Part shown: positions 28,925-37,904 of the stretch, in pieces
Layout of the letters: the number at the start of each line of letters is the position of its first letter
Position numbering within the stretch: position 1 is the stretch's first letter
NCBI GenBank assembly: GCA_964593365.1
Contig: CAZQGQ010000001.1
Coordinates: forward strand, 178,384 to 242,383
Reading direction: 5' to 3'
Length of the DNA stretch: 64,000 bases
Source of the DNA: an uncultured Candidatus Saccharibacteria bacterium
Lineage (GTDB): Bacteria > Patescibacteriota > Minisyncoccia > Phycocordibacterales > Phycocordibacteraceae
The notes under the pieces: model-generated
The model's database searches: none
The model's input: only the letters and a program-made list of their open reading frames with translations
What the model was told of the DNA's origin: nothing
Program-made: the position numbers and the translations under genes

Positions 28925-29245
28925 ATGGCAGACGCATCTGGAGCAGAAGCTTTTACTGCAGGCGCACCTCCTTCTGAAGAAGCGCTCACGAAGAAGTATG
29001 GAGAGAAGATCGAACTCTTCCCGATCACGCATAGCTCGCAGGGACTTATTCCTATAGACCAGCTCCAGGTCATTCTCGCCGGTCGCCCGCTTGAAGTGCG
29101 AAAGATCTTGGAAGTAGATTCAAGCGCCAGACTCTATGGCTTTACTTTTTTCATAGACGGCAAGCTCTATCTGGAAACGCATCGGGAGCCGACCCTGGGA
29201 GCCGCCGCAAAGCGCGTTATGGCTGCTTTGCAGCAGTCTGCGTAG
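28925..29245 (+). CDS. Hypothetical protein
   Basis: 106-aa ORF directly after the channel gene. Confidence 0.55.
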   Translation: MADASGAEAFTAGAPPSEEALTKKYGEKIELFPITHSSQGLIPIDQLQVILAGRPLEVRKILEVDSSARLYGFTFFIDGKLYLETHREPTLGAAAKRVMAALQQSA

Positions 29246-29321
29246 TCCCTTGTATCAACAGCTTGCAGCTACTACCCGAGGAGTATACTGAAGGGGTACG
29301 TTATAAACCTTATTGTTATCC

Positions 29322-29756
29322 ATGAACAACATTCTTGATTGCCAGTGCTCGAGCAAGTGGGCAGGTTTTGCTCCGCTCGTGCTTCGCCTTGTCACAGGTA
29401 TTATTTTCGCTCTTCACGGTTATCAGAAACTCACGGAAATGGGCATCGCAGGAACTGCAGGATTCTTGGATGGGATCGGATTCCCAGCCGCACCGTTCTT
29501 CGCAGTCGTCCTCATCGTTGCTGAACTTCTCGGCGGTATCCTCCTTATCCTCGGCGTATTCACGCACTGGGTAGCTAAGATCCTCGCTGTTGTCGCAGTC
29601 GTCGCTTTGGTGACCGTTCACCTTGGAAACGGCTTCTTCATCTCAGGAGGAGGCTACGAGTACATCCTTCTCATCCTTGCCGCTTCTATCTCCCTCATGA
29701 TCACTGGTCCAGGGAAGTGGGCGCTCGATGGAAAGATCTTCAAGCGAGGAGAGTAG
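29322..29756 (+). CDS. DoxX family membrane protein
   Basis: LRLVTGIIFALHGYQKL, GGYEY, GPGKWALD. Confidence 0.92.
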   Translation: MNNILDCQCSSKWAGFAPLVLRLVTGIIFALHGYQKLTEMGIAGTAGFLDGIGFPAAPFFAVVLIVAELLGGILLILGVFTHWVAKILAVVAVVALVTVHLGNGFFISGGGYEYILLILAASISLMITGPGKWALDGKIFKRGE

Positions 29757-29901
29757 TCACTCTTCGCGAAGCATAAAGGCCCCGTAAGGGGCTTTTGTGC
29801 TATTCACCTCTCCTTCATCGGAGGGTAGGTACTATTTTCTCCGTACCGATCCGACAGCGTGTCGGATGCGGGGGCCTAGCTAATTAACACCTCTACTATT
29901 T

Positions 29902-30588
29902 ATGACTCTACGTAAGATCCTTACGGCGCTTACGGTGGTTGCGCTTGTTCTTCCAGCAGGAGCAAGCCTCGCCGCCGAAGCTAACGACACCAGAGGAAGT
30001 GCAGCACTTGAAGTACAGGGAACAGGCGGAGGTGCAACCATTGACCTCGATGCCAGTGTTTCTGGCGACGCTGCTACCGGAACGGAAGCAGAAGACACAA
30101 GCGACACGAACGAAACGAACGCAGGCACAGACGGCTCGCTTCGCGTGAATGCGCTTGGCATTCCTGTCCTTACGTCAGCGCAGGTGACAACTGACGCAGA
30201 CCTCGAGCTCTTCCGAGAGAACATGCGTCTTGAAGACAAGAATGTCGCAGCAGTGAACCTCGACTCTGAGGAAGAGGTTACAGTCGAGTACTGGCACAAA
30301 GGACATCTGCTCGGACTCTTTCCCGTCAGCATTAAGTCAACGACTTCTGTCATGGAAGGCAGTGATGGACGAGCAACGGTGCAGACCCGGATGCCGTGGT
30401 GGAACTTGTTTGTGACTGGCACCGGACGCATTGGAAGCTCGGTTGATTCCTCGCTTGGAGGGTCAACGACCTTGCAGGGAGACTTCGGCCTCTCTGCAGA
30501 CGCAGCTGCACGGGCACGGGTGCTTGAAGCGATCGCACGGGCGCATGCGCAAGCCTCAACGAAGACAAGTGCTGCGGTAATTCAATAG
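29902..30588 (+). CDS. Secreted hypothetical protein
   Basis: Signal peptide; LLGLFPV...MPWW. Confidence 0.7.
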   Translation: MTLRKILTALTVVALVLPAGASLAAEANDTRGSAALEVQGTGGGATIDLDASVSGDAATGTEAEDTSDTNETNAGTDGSLRVNALGIPVLTSAQVTTDADLELFRENMRLEDKNVAAVNLDSEEEVTVEYWHKGHLLGLFPVSIKSTTSVMEGSDGRATVQTRMPWWNLFVTGTGRIGSSVDSSLGGSTTLQGDFGLSADAAARARVLEAIARAHAQASTKTSAAVIQ

Positions 30589-30676
30589 CGCAGACAAAGA
30601 AAAGCCGCTCTTTTGAGCGGTTTTTCTATGCACCAGCGTATCTTCTCCCCGAGAAAACAGGTGGTACGATGAACCT

Positions 30677-31147
30677 ATGCAAAACAATACTATGGCTTGG
30701 ATCTTGGGAATCGTGCTTGTCGTCGTCCTCATTGGAGGAGCCTATTACGTAGGCAAGAAAGAAGCCGTTGCGCCGACAACGGAGACGCCAACCGAAACGA
30801 CGCAGGACACGACCTCGGAGAAAATGATCGCGCCGAAGTGGACCTTTATCGACAAGGGCGAGGATGCGCAGACAGGCGCCCCTATGACGCAGGTGTCAGT
30901 TACGTTTGCGGGAACGACCCGCGATCTTGGCGTGCATCAGGGATCGTGCTCTACCATCGAAGGATCGTCCTGGACCTTGGTTGATGGAGAACTATCCGGC
31001 GCCATCTGCTGGTTTGCAGGAGGCGGAGTTGAGTTCGGCATCTTCAAGGAAGGAAACAATTATGTAGTGAAGCAGGGAGACTTGGATGAGGGAAGCGCGG
31101 AAGACCCGGGTCTTCGCGGTAACTTCCGAACGCTCGTAACTTTCTAA
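30677..31147 (+). CDS. Membrane-anchored hypothetical protein
   Basis: N-terminal TM; GSC...CWFAGGG, similar to 49774-50223. Confidence 0.7.
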   Translation: MQNNTMAWILGIVLVVVLIGGAYYVGKKEAVAPTTETPTETTQDTTSEKMIAPKWTFIDKGEDAQTGAPMTQVSVTFAGTTRDLGVHQGSCSTIEGSSWTLVDGELSGAICWFAGGGVEFGIFKEGNNYVVKQGDLDEGSAEDPGLRGNFRTLVTF

Positions 31148-31151
31148 TCAT

Positions 31152-31706
31152 ATGAAAACAGTCATAACAGCAATCGTCGTCGTACTCGCGCTTATCATCG
31201 CCGGCTATTTCTTCTACGCAGGGATGATGCCGTGGCAGCAGCAGGGAGCTCCGCTGGGGGTTAACTTCTACGCAAACGGCACGCAGGGAATCTCATTCGA
31301 GTATCCGCAGACCTACATCCTCACGGAGCGCGAAGTCGGAAACGCCGAGCGCGCCCACTACGCCATCACGCTCATCCACGAAAGCGATGCGCAGCCTCGG
31401 GAAAACTCCGAAGGGCCTCCAGCAGTCGCAATCGACATCTACGAGAACACGACCAATCAGACCTTGGAGCAATGGCTCACCACGAGCGAATCGAACCGCA
31501 ATCTTGGCAGCAGCGCTCTGGTCGAGCGAACGGTCGACGGGGCAGACGCCGTCTCCTACCACTGGTCAGGCCTCTATGAGGGCGACACGACAGCATTCCT
31601 CCACAATGGATCGATCGTCGTTGTCTCAGTGACGTATATCGCTCCAGAGGATGAGATACGAGCCGTGTACGTAAAGATCCTGAGCTCGCTTGACCTTGTT
31701 CCCTAG
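31152..31706 (+). CDS. Membrane-anchored hypothetical protein (PsbP-like pattern)
   Basis: GISFEYP...TVDGADA...KILSSL. Confidence 0.65.
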   Translation: MKTVITAIVVVLALIIAGYFFYAGMMPWQQQGAPLGVNFYANGTQGISFEYPQTYILTEREVGNAERAHYAITLIHESDAQPRENSEGPPAVAIDIYENTTNQTLEQWLTTSESNRNLGSSALVERTVDGADAVSYHWSGLYEGDTTAFLHNGSIVVVSVTYIAPEDEIRAVYVKILSSLDLVP

Positions 31707-31748
31707 GGCTCAGCCAATCTTCACGAGAGAGGAGTATCCTTAGAGGAT

Positions 31749-32171
31749 ATGCACTTCAACAACCTGACAGGCCTTCAGAAGCTTCTTCTTGGCGTTCTCC
31801 TTCTTATCCTTATCGGCCTTGGTGCGAGCATGCTCTTTGGAAGAGAGGGAACGGAACTGCTTCCGGAAGAAGAAAAGGCTGCGCTTATCCCGGGACCCCG
31901 GAGCTTCGACGGAACGTATGAGTGCCTTCCGCATAGAGATACGAGCGGACCGCAGACGCTTGAATGCGCGTTTGGCATCCAAACCGATGACGGCGATCAC
32001 CACGGCCTTAGCTTGACCGCGCTCGCGCCTTCGCTTGCCGATACGCTCCAGACCGGAACTCGCATACGCGTGCAGGGCGTGTATGTGCCAGTGGAAGCAC
32101 TGAGCTCTGACGCCTGGCAGCGCTATGACATAGAAGGCATTCTCCAGGTGGATACCCTGGAGCTCATATAA
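31749..32171 (+). CDS. Membrane-anchored hypothetical protein
   Basis: N-terminal TM; CLPHRD.SGPQTLECAFG. Confidence 0.7.
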   Translation: MHFNNLTGLQKLLLGVLLLILIGLGASMLFGREGTELLPEEEKAALIPGPRSFDGTYECLPHRDTSGPQTLECAFGIQTDDGDHHGLSLTALAPSLADTLQTGTRIRVQGVYVPVEALSSDAWQRYDIEGILQVDTLELI

Positions 32172-32213
32172 GCGGTGCTAGACTTATACGCATAACAAAC
32201 TAATCATTTCCCT

Positions 32214-32636
32214 ATGGAAGTACCTATCAACTATGTAGCGGTTCTGCTTGCGGTCGTAGCTGCGGTTATCATCGGGGTGCTCTGGTATGGGCCTTTGTTC
32301 GGTAAGGCGTGGATGAATCTTATGGGATTCACTGCTGAGAGCATGAAGGCCATGAAGATGAGCCGCACAGGAGCGTTCATCGGTATTATCGTCATGTCAT
32401 TCTTGACGGCATACGTGCTTGCGCACGGTCTTGTCTTTGGCAACGCCTACCTTGGCATGTCAGGAGTCGGAAGCTCTATGATGGGAGCATTCTGGTACTG
32501 GCTCGGGTTTGCCGTTCCTCTCACTGCGGGATCGTATTTGTGGGAAGGAAGGTCTTGGAAGCTGTGGGCCTTGAACGCGGCGTACTACTTGGTGTCGTTC
32601 CTTGTTATGGGCGCGATACTCGGAAGTTTCGCTTAG
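32214..32636 (+). CDS. DUF1761 family membrane protein
   Basis: INYVAVLLA...GVLWYGPLFGKAWM. Confidence 0.85.
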   Translation: MEVPINYVAVLLAVVAAVIIGVLWYGPLFGKAWMNLMGFTAESMKAMKMSRTGAFIGIIVMSFLTAYVLAHGLVFGNAYLGMSGVGSSMMGAFWYWLGFAVPLTAGSYLWEGRSWKLWALNAAYYLVSFLVMGAILGSFA

Positions 32637-33246
32637 GCGTCTCCATTCCTGCAGGCAGCGTGCGAAAGGTAATTGAATAGCGAAGGCCTTCAACGGCCGG
32701 GATTGAATGCTGGAAGTTCCAGCGGCTTTCGCTTTGCATGATGTACGCGCTCCGGGGCTCAAGCGGAATCGCGATGATGTCCTTAGTGCTTCTCTTGGCT
32801 CCTCGCATACGGGAGTTGATGGGCCGAAGACGCATCTTGCACCAGCTTCCAAGCGAGATGCCGATGACCGTATCGAAGGTCTCGTTGTCTCGGTGCCACC
32901 CGATCGCGCTCCCGGGCGAGTATTCGGTCACCAGAGCCTCGACCACCCGCGTAACGGGAAGATCGAGCCACTTGGCGACCTTGCGCTGGATGGGACGCAG
33001 AAAGATCGGAAGCGGCGGGCCTTTCATAAGCTTCTCTTTCTCAAAGTCATAGCTCCAGCCGAAGTTCATGACGCGCCGCTTAGCGGCGTATTCCTCGGTC
33101 AGCGGATGCTCGAGAGGAAGATCTTCAAAGTAGCCAATGAGCTCGCGCTCTTCGGCCTCGGTAAGGAATTGCGGGCGATACACGAAGCCGTTCGGGAGCG
33201 TCGTCCCGATATCAAAGAGAGTTCCTTGGTCTTTAGCTCGCGGCAT
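32605..33246 (-). CDS. AlkB-like 2OG-Fe(II) dioxygenase
   Basis: EYSPGSAIGWHRD, ISLG, WNFQHSIP, RYSITFR. Confidence 0.9.
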   Translation of the reverse strand: MPRAKDQGTLFDIGTTLPNGFVYRPQFLTEAEERELIGYFEDLPLEHPLTEEYAAKRRVMNFGWSYDFEKEKLMKGPPLPIFLRPIQRKVAKWLDLPVTRVVEALVTEYSPGSAIGWHRDNETFDTVIGISLGSWCKMRLRPINSRMRGAKRSTKDIIAIPLEPRSAYIMQSESRWNFQHSIPAVEGLRYSITFRTLPAGMETPKRNFRVSRP

Positions 33247-33356
33247 GGAGAGCTATTGTAACAAAGCGGTCATATCTTAATCCTCACCTCATCAAGGCTT
33301 TCGTATGGTTTGCGTCTAGAGGTCGATTTTATCCGGAACTCACACTGCCCATCTTT

Positions 33357-33485
33357 ATGCTTTATGACGGAACTCGCCGGGATAACGGCGACAGCGAACG
33401 CGATCCGAATACGACGGGCGATGACGGCGGAACGGCCGGCACGACAAGCGGAGGAGAGGACACGGAACGAACGGACGAGATGTAG
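33357..33485 (+). CDS. Small acidic/Gly-rich peptide (42 aa), not in the ORF track
   Basis: MLYDGTRRDNGDSERDPNTTGDDGGTAGTTSGGEDTERTDEM between a promoter-like box and a terminator. Confidence 0.4.
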   Translation: MLYDGTRRDNGDSERDPNTTGDDGGTAGTTSGGEDTERTDEM

Positions 33486-33503
33486 ACCCCTATAAGGGGA
33501 AAG

Positions 33504-33533
33504 AAAAAGGCGCGAGAACTCTCGCGTCTTTTT
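33504..33533. terminator. Intrinsic terminator
   Basis: AAAAAGGCGCGAGAACTCTCGCGTCTTTTT. Confidence 0.7.
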
Positions 33534-33576
33534 CTATTCACGTATTCTTCAGGCGCCTTTGTGTATGCTTTCAGCT

Positions 33577-33699
33577 ATGAAAGCACCACAACACACAACC
33601 GGAAACGAGTTCTGCATGTGCGCTTCCTGCGGCGGACCCTCATACACGACGCTCGACTTCAGTAGCGTCTTCGATTCCGCACCGCTCTTGGCTTCTTAG
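33577..33699 (+). CDS. Small CxCxxC peptide (40 aa), not in the ORF track
   Basis: MKAPQHTTGNEFCMCASCGGPSY...; TATGCT 7 nt before the ATG. Confidence 0.5.
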   Translation: MKAPQHTTGNEFCMCASCGGPSYTTLDFSSVFDSAPLLAS

Positions 33700-33771
33700 T
33701 AATCCCAGCTGAGATCTGCGAAGCCAAAGGGAAGACAGAAATAGCAAGAATGGTCTAGGACGATTGGAATT

Positions 33772-34749
33772 CTAGTCTAAATCCTCGATAGCTATACCAA
33801 TCTTTGAATAGACTTCCTTCAATACAGACTCACGAGTCGGGTTACCTCGAACATCAATAGACATTGCTCGTAATACTGCCTCGCCATGGCTTAAGCTGAA
33901 CTTACTCTGTTCCTCGAGTTTGTCTGAGAGATTATGGGCGGCTCGAAGGATCATCTGACCTCCAGCTTCCTCGTTCGGGTCGCCTTCCAAAGAAACACGC
34001 TTTAGTTCAACGGTCCAAAGTATGGCCAGGAGAAGACTATCCATGTCTTTAAAAGGATTAAACCTGTCAGAGAGTAGATACGAGGTAAGTCCAGGAGACT
34101 GATAAATAGCATGCTTTATGATTTCGGCTAAACCTATCTGAATCTGGTCTGTTGAGAGGTAAGAAAGGAAGTCCGGATCAATGATAACTAATGACGGTTC
34201 GTAGAAGCTCTTGTATGCGTGTTTTACATAGCTTCCGTTCTCAATCTTATTGACGCGTACCTTGCCTCCAACCGCTGTATCAGACATGGAAAGGACTGTC
34301 GTTGGTACAAGCACAAGATCCAAAGACAGCTTCTCTGCGATATACGCGGCACAATTGAGAATGATCCCTCCTCCAACGGCAACGATACGCTGATTTTCAG
34401 ATGTCAGCTTATTAGCAAGATCATCTAGATAGTCCAAGGTCTTCAGCTCACCCTCTATGGGGTTGAAGACCAGGAAGCGCCCAACCTTATCTTTATACGT
34501 TGCTAGGTATGGCTCCACCGCTTTATCTATGAGCAAGAGGTCACTGCTTTTAAAAGAGAACTGGCTAAGACCTTGAACTACTAATTTATAGTGAGGCAAT
34601 GTGCTGTAGCGAGGGTGATTGGCAGGTATAGAAAATAGGAGCGGCTCATTTGCTCTTGGGTCAAAGCCAGGAGAGGCGAGACCCGTAGACCATTTGTGGT
34701 CTACGGGCAGCGATCTCTCTAAGAGCTCTTCGTATGACGCTAGGCGCAT
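33772..34749 (-). CDS. Divergent 3-dehydroquinate synthase / sugar-phosphate cyclase-like protein
   Basis: VAVGGG, VPTTVLSMSDTAVGGK, GLAEIIKHA, HGEAV; AT-rich. Confidence 0.8.
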   Translation of the reverse strand: MRLASYEELLERSLPVDHKWSTGLASPGFDPRANEPLLFSIPANHPRYSTLPHYKLVVQGLSQFSFKSSDLLLIDKAVEPYLATYKDKVGRFLVFNPIEGELKTLDYLDDLANKLTSENQRIVAVGGGIILNCAAYIAEKLSLDLVLVPTTVLSMSDTAVGGKVRVNKIENGSYVKHAYKSFYEPSLVIIDPDFLSYLSTDQIQIGLAEIIKHAIYQSPGLTSYLLSDRFNPFKDMDSLLLAILWTVELKRVSLEGDPNEEAGGQMILRAAHNLSDKLEEQSKFSLSHGEAVLRAMSIDVRGNPTRESVLKEVYSKIGIAIEDLD

Positions 34750-34789
34750 TTTCGTATCTTACTACGGAGCTTCGCTAGACGGGACTTGT

Positions 34790-37700
34790 CTATACGGTTT
34801 CTGTCGGCTCCTTAGCGAAGCGCGCACGTACTGACTTGCCTGGCCAGCGATGGTAGAGGACGGGGATGAGTACGAGCGTGAGAACGGTTGAGAACGCAAG
34901 ACCGAACATGATGGTGAACGCGAGTGGTCCCCAGAGCGCCGAGGCAAGAGAAAGCGGAATCATACCGACGACCGTCACGATGGTCGTGAGGATGATCGGG
35001 CGGAAGCGGGAAGCCGCAGCTTCAACCACAACGTCAGTCAATGTGCGTCCCGGGTGCTCTCGCCCGATGCGCCCGATCGAGTCCATGAGAATTATGGCGT
35101 GGTTAATGATGACGCCCGCGAGCGCTATGATGCCGAGCATCGATGGGAAGGAAAGAGGGGCGCCCGTTACCATGAGCCCAATCAAGGCTCCAATAAGGGA
35201 GAGCGGCACCACGGAAAGAAGGTAGAGGGAGAGGCGGAAGGAGTTGAACTCGAGCACGAGGATGGCGAGCATGAGCGCGATGCCGGCCAAGAAAGCGACA
35301 CCCATTTCTGCAAACGACTGGTTCACGTCTTCGGTCTCGCCGCCGATCTTCATCTCGACGCCAGGGGCGAGCGGCTCTTCGCTCATGCGCTTGTTGAAGT
35401 CGGAAACCAATTGCAGCGGGTTTGCGGTCGGGACGGCGCCTGCTTCTACGGTTGCGACGCGCGTGCCGTCTTCGTGCCGTATCACGCTTTCCGCCTGCTC
35501 GTACTCGATGCTTGCGATCGAGGAGAGGGGGATATAGCCAGTAGCGCTCGGGATCCCGAGCGAGCGCACTGCGTCGATGGTCGTGTGATTCGTCTCTTCA
35601 GGGCTCTGATAGTTCGGGTTCAGATCAAGCTTGGTGCGCACTTCGATCTCTTCTCCGTTTGCCCGGATGGTCGCTGCTTCGCTTCCAAAGAGGGCAGCGC
35701 GAAGGGTCGCAGAGACTACGGCAGGAGAGACACCGGCTGCTGCGGCTTTTGCCGTATCAAGGCGGACCACAAACTCAGGGCTATCGTTACGCGTTGATGT
35801 CGTCACGTTCACCGTTCCTGGCATATCAGCAAGGATGCGCGCGGCGCGCTCCGTCGTCTGTGAAAGAGCGGACAAGTCGTCTCCGGTAAAGGTCACGAGG
35901 ACCGCGGCGCCCGTTGGAGGACCGCCTGCAGGCTCTTCGATCTTTACGCGTGCAGAGGTGACTTCTTTCACGCGCTCGCGAAGCTCAGAAACAACCACGG
36001 CGCTCGTCTCCTTACGATCCTTATCGAGGTTCAGTGTGATGTTGGCGACGTTTGCGCCTGAGCCTCCCGTTCCGCTAAAAAAGCTGCCAGATCCTACTTC
36101 AGACACGAAAGACGCGATGCGTCCGTCCGCATACAAGAGCTCCTCTACTTCGCGAACCGAAAGGTCCGTCTGGGCGAGCGTCGTCCCCTGAGGCTTCTCC
36201 ACTTCGATGTACGCGAGATCGCTGTTTTCCGGAGGGAAGAAGATGACCTTCACTGCTCCGACCATCGGGAGGATCAAGACGAGAACGAACAATCCGATGA
36301 TGCCCCAGAGGAAACGGTTCTCCTTCTTTCGGTCTCCGAGGATGCCGCGAAGGAACTTCTTGTACCACTCCTGCGCCTTCTCGTTATAGTCCTCCTGGAT
36401 ACGTTCGATGCGGCTCAAGGTCGGGCGGATGATGTAGAGGGCGTACAAAGGAACGAGACCAAGCGCCACAATAATCGAAGCAATGAGTACGAAGATAACG
36501 GTGTAAGGAATAGAGGCGACGAATTTGCCCAAGATGCCTGAGAGGAAGAACAAAGGTACGAATACCGCAACGGTGGTCATCGTGCCTGCGATAAGCGGCC
36601 AGGCGTATTCCTGGATCGCGGCGACCGCAGCTTCGCGCTTGTCCCCGTATTTCACGAGACGCGTGTGTATTGCCTCGACAACCACAATCCCCGAGTCGAC
36701 CAAGATACCGATCGCAAGGATGAGCGAGAACAAGGAGATGAAGTTGATCGTGTTCCCGGACGCCGCGATGCCGATGAAGGCGATCAAGAACGAGAGCGGG
36801 ATGGCAAGCGCTGCTGCAAGAGATTCTCTCCAGCCAAGAGTAAGGAGGAGCATGAGCATAACGAGCGCGGTCGTCTCAAGCCCGACGCGCGTGAGCTCGG
36901 TCAGGTCATGGTTCACATCATCTGCCGCGTCATACGAAATAACAGTCCGCGTTCCAGCCAAGGTCGTCTCTTCAAGCTCTGCAATCTTCTTTTTGATTTC
37001 TGATCCTATGGAAACGATGTTGCCTCCGCGGCTCTTGAAGACCGAGAAGGTAAGTGCAGGCTCTGACGGATTTCCTTCAACTGATACGCGTGAGAACGTG
37101 CGCGGGTCCTCGAGCCCGTTCACGACCTCTGCGACGTCTCGAATATAAATAGGTGCGCCGCCAGCTCCCCGAAGGGCAACGCCGGCAACGTCATCCGGGC
37201 TCGTGATTCCTGCTTCAAGCCGGACCGCGTACGCGATGTTGTCGACCGTGATGGACCCTGCAGGAGCGCCGATCCCTGAAAGGCGAAGCGCTGTCGTTAT
37301 GTCTGAAAGGGTGAGTCCCTGCTGGCGAAGGCGTGCTTCAGAAACGATCACCTGCACTTCGCGGGCTCTCACCCCTGAGATCGAAACACTTGAGACGCCC
37401 GCAATGCGCTCGATCTCGTTTTGAATCTCATCTCCAAGGGCAGTGAGTTCTTCCGGAGCAAGGTCGCCAGACACCGATGCGATCATGATCGGCTGGTCGG
37501 CGAAGTTAACGTCAGTGACGGTAGGGTCTTCGGCGTCTGCAGGAAGTTCGGGGCGGACCTTATCAACTTCGTCTTTCAGAAGCTGGATGGAACGTTCGAT
37601 GTTTGCTGAAGCATCGAACTCGACCGTGACGTTTGAAACCCCTCCGCCAGACGAAGAGGTAACTTTGGAAACGCGTTCAAGGCCGATGACCTTGTCTTCT

Positions 37701-37903
37701 ATCTTGTCGGTGATGAGGCGCTCGACGTCTTCTGCGCCTGCGCCTGGGAGTATGGTCGTGACGATGCCGACCGGGATCTGCACCTCAGGCGAAGATTCCT
37801 TCGGAATGATGATAACGGCGTACACCCCTGCAAGCAGGAGTACGACAGACAACAGGATCGTGAAGTGATGCTTGTCGAGGAAAAACGTCCAGAACTTCGT
37901 CAT
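34790..37903 (-). CDS. RND efflux permease (AcrB family)
   Basis: 1037 aa; AIGILVDSGIVVVE, RFRPIILTT. Confidence 0.95.
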   Translation of the reverse strand: MTKFWTFFLDKHHFTILLSVVLLLAGVYAVIIIPKESSPEVQIPVGIVTTILPGAGAEDVERLITDKIEDKVIGLERVSKVTSSSGGGVSNVTVEFDASANIERSIQLLKDEVDKVRPELPADAEDPTVTDVNFADQPIMIASVSGDLAPEELTALGDEIQNEIERIAGVSSVSISGVRAREVQVIVSEARLRQQGLTLSDITTALRLSGIGAPAGSITVDNIAYAVRLEAGITSPDDVAGVALRGAGGAPIYIRDVAEVVNGLEDPRTFSRVSVEGNPSEPALTFSVFKSRGGNIVSIGSEIKKKIAELEETTLAGTRTVISYDAADDVNHDLTELTRVGLETTALVMLMLLLTLGWRESLAAALAIPLSFLIAFIGIAASGNTINFISLFSLILAIGILVDSGIVVVEAIHTRLVKYGDKREAAVAAIQEYAWPLIAGTMTTVAVFVPLFFLSGILGKFVASIPYTVIFVLIASIIVALGLVPLYALYIIRPTLSRIERIQEDYNEKAQEWYKKFLRGILGDRKKENRFLWGIIGLFVLVLILPMVGAVKVIFFPPENSDLAYIEVEKPQGTTLAQTDLSVREVEELLYADGRIASFVSEVGSGSFFSGTGGSGANVANITLNLDKDRKETSAVVVSELRERVKEVTSARVKIEEPAGGPPTGAAVLVTFTGDDLSALSQTTERAARILADMPGTVNVTTSTRNDSPEFVVRLDTAKAAAAGVSPAVVSATLRAALFGSEAATIRANGEEIEVRTKLDLNPNYQSPEETNHTTIDAVRSLGIPSATGYIPLSSIASIEYEQAESVIRHEDGTRVATVEAGAVPTANPLQLVSDFNKRMSEEPLAPGVEMKIGGETEDVNQSFAEMGVAFLAGIALMLAILVLEFNSFRLSLYLLSVVPLSLIGALIGLMVTGAPLSFPSMLGIIALAGVIINHAIILMDSIGRIGREHPGRTLTDVVVEAAASRFRPIILTTIVTVVGMIPLSLASALWGPLAFTIMFGLAFSTVLTLVLIPVLYHRWPGKSVRARFAKEPTETV

Positions 37904-37904
37904 A

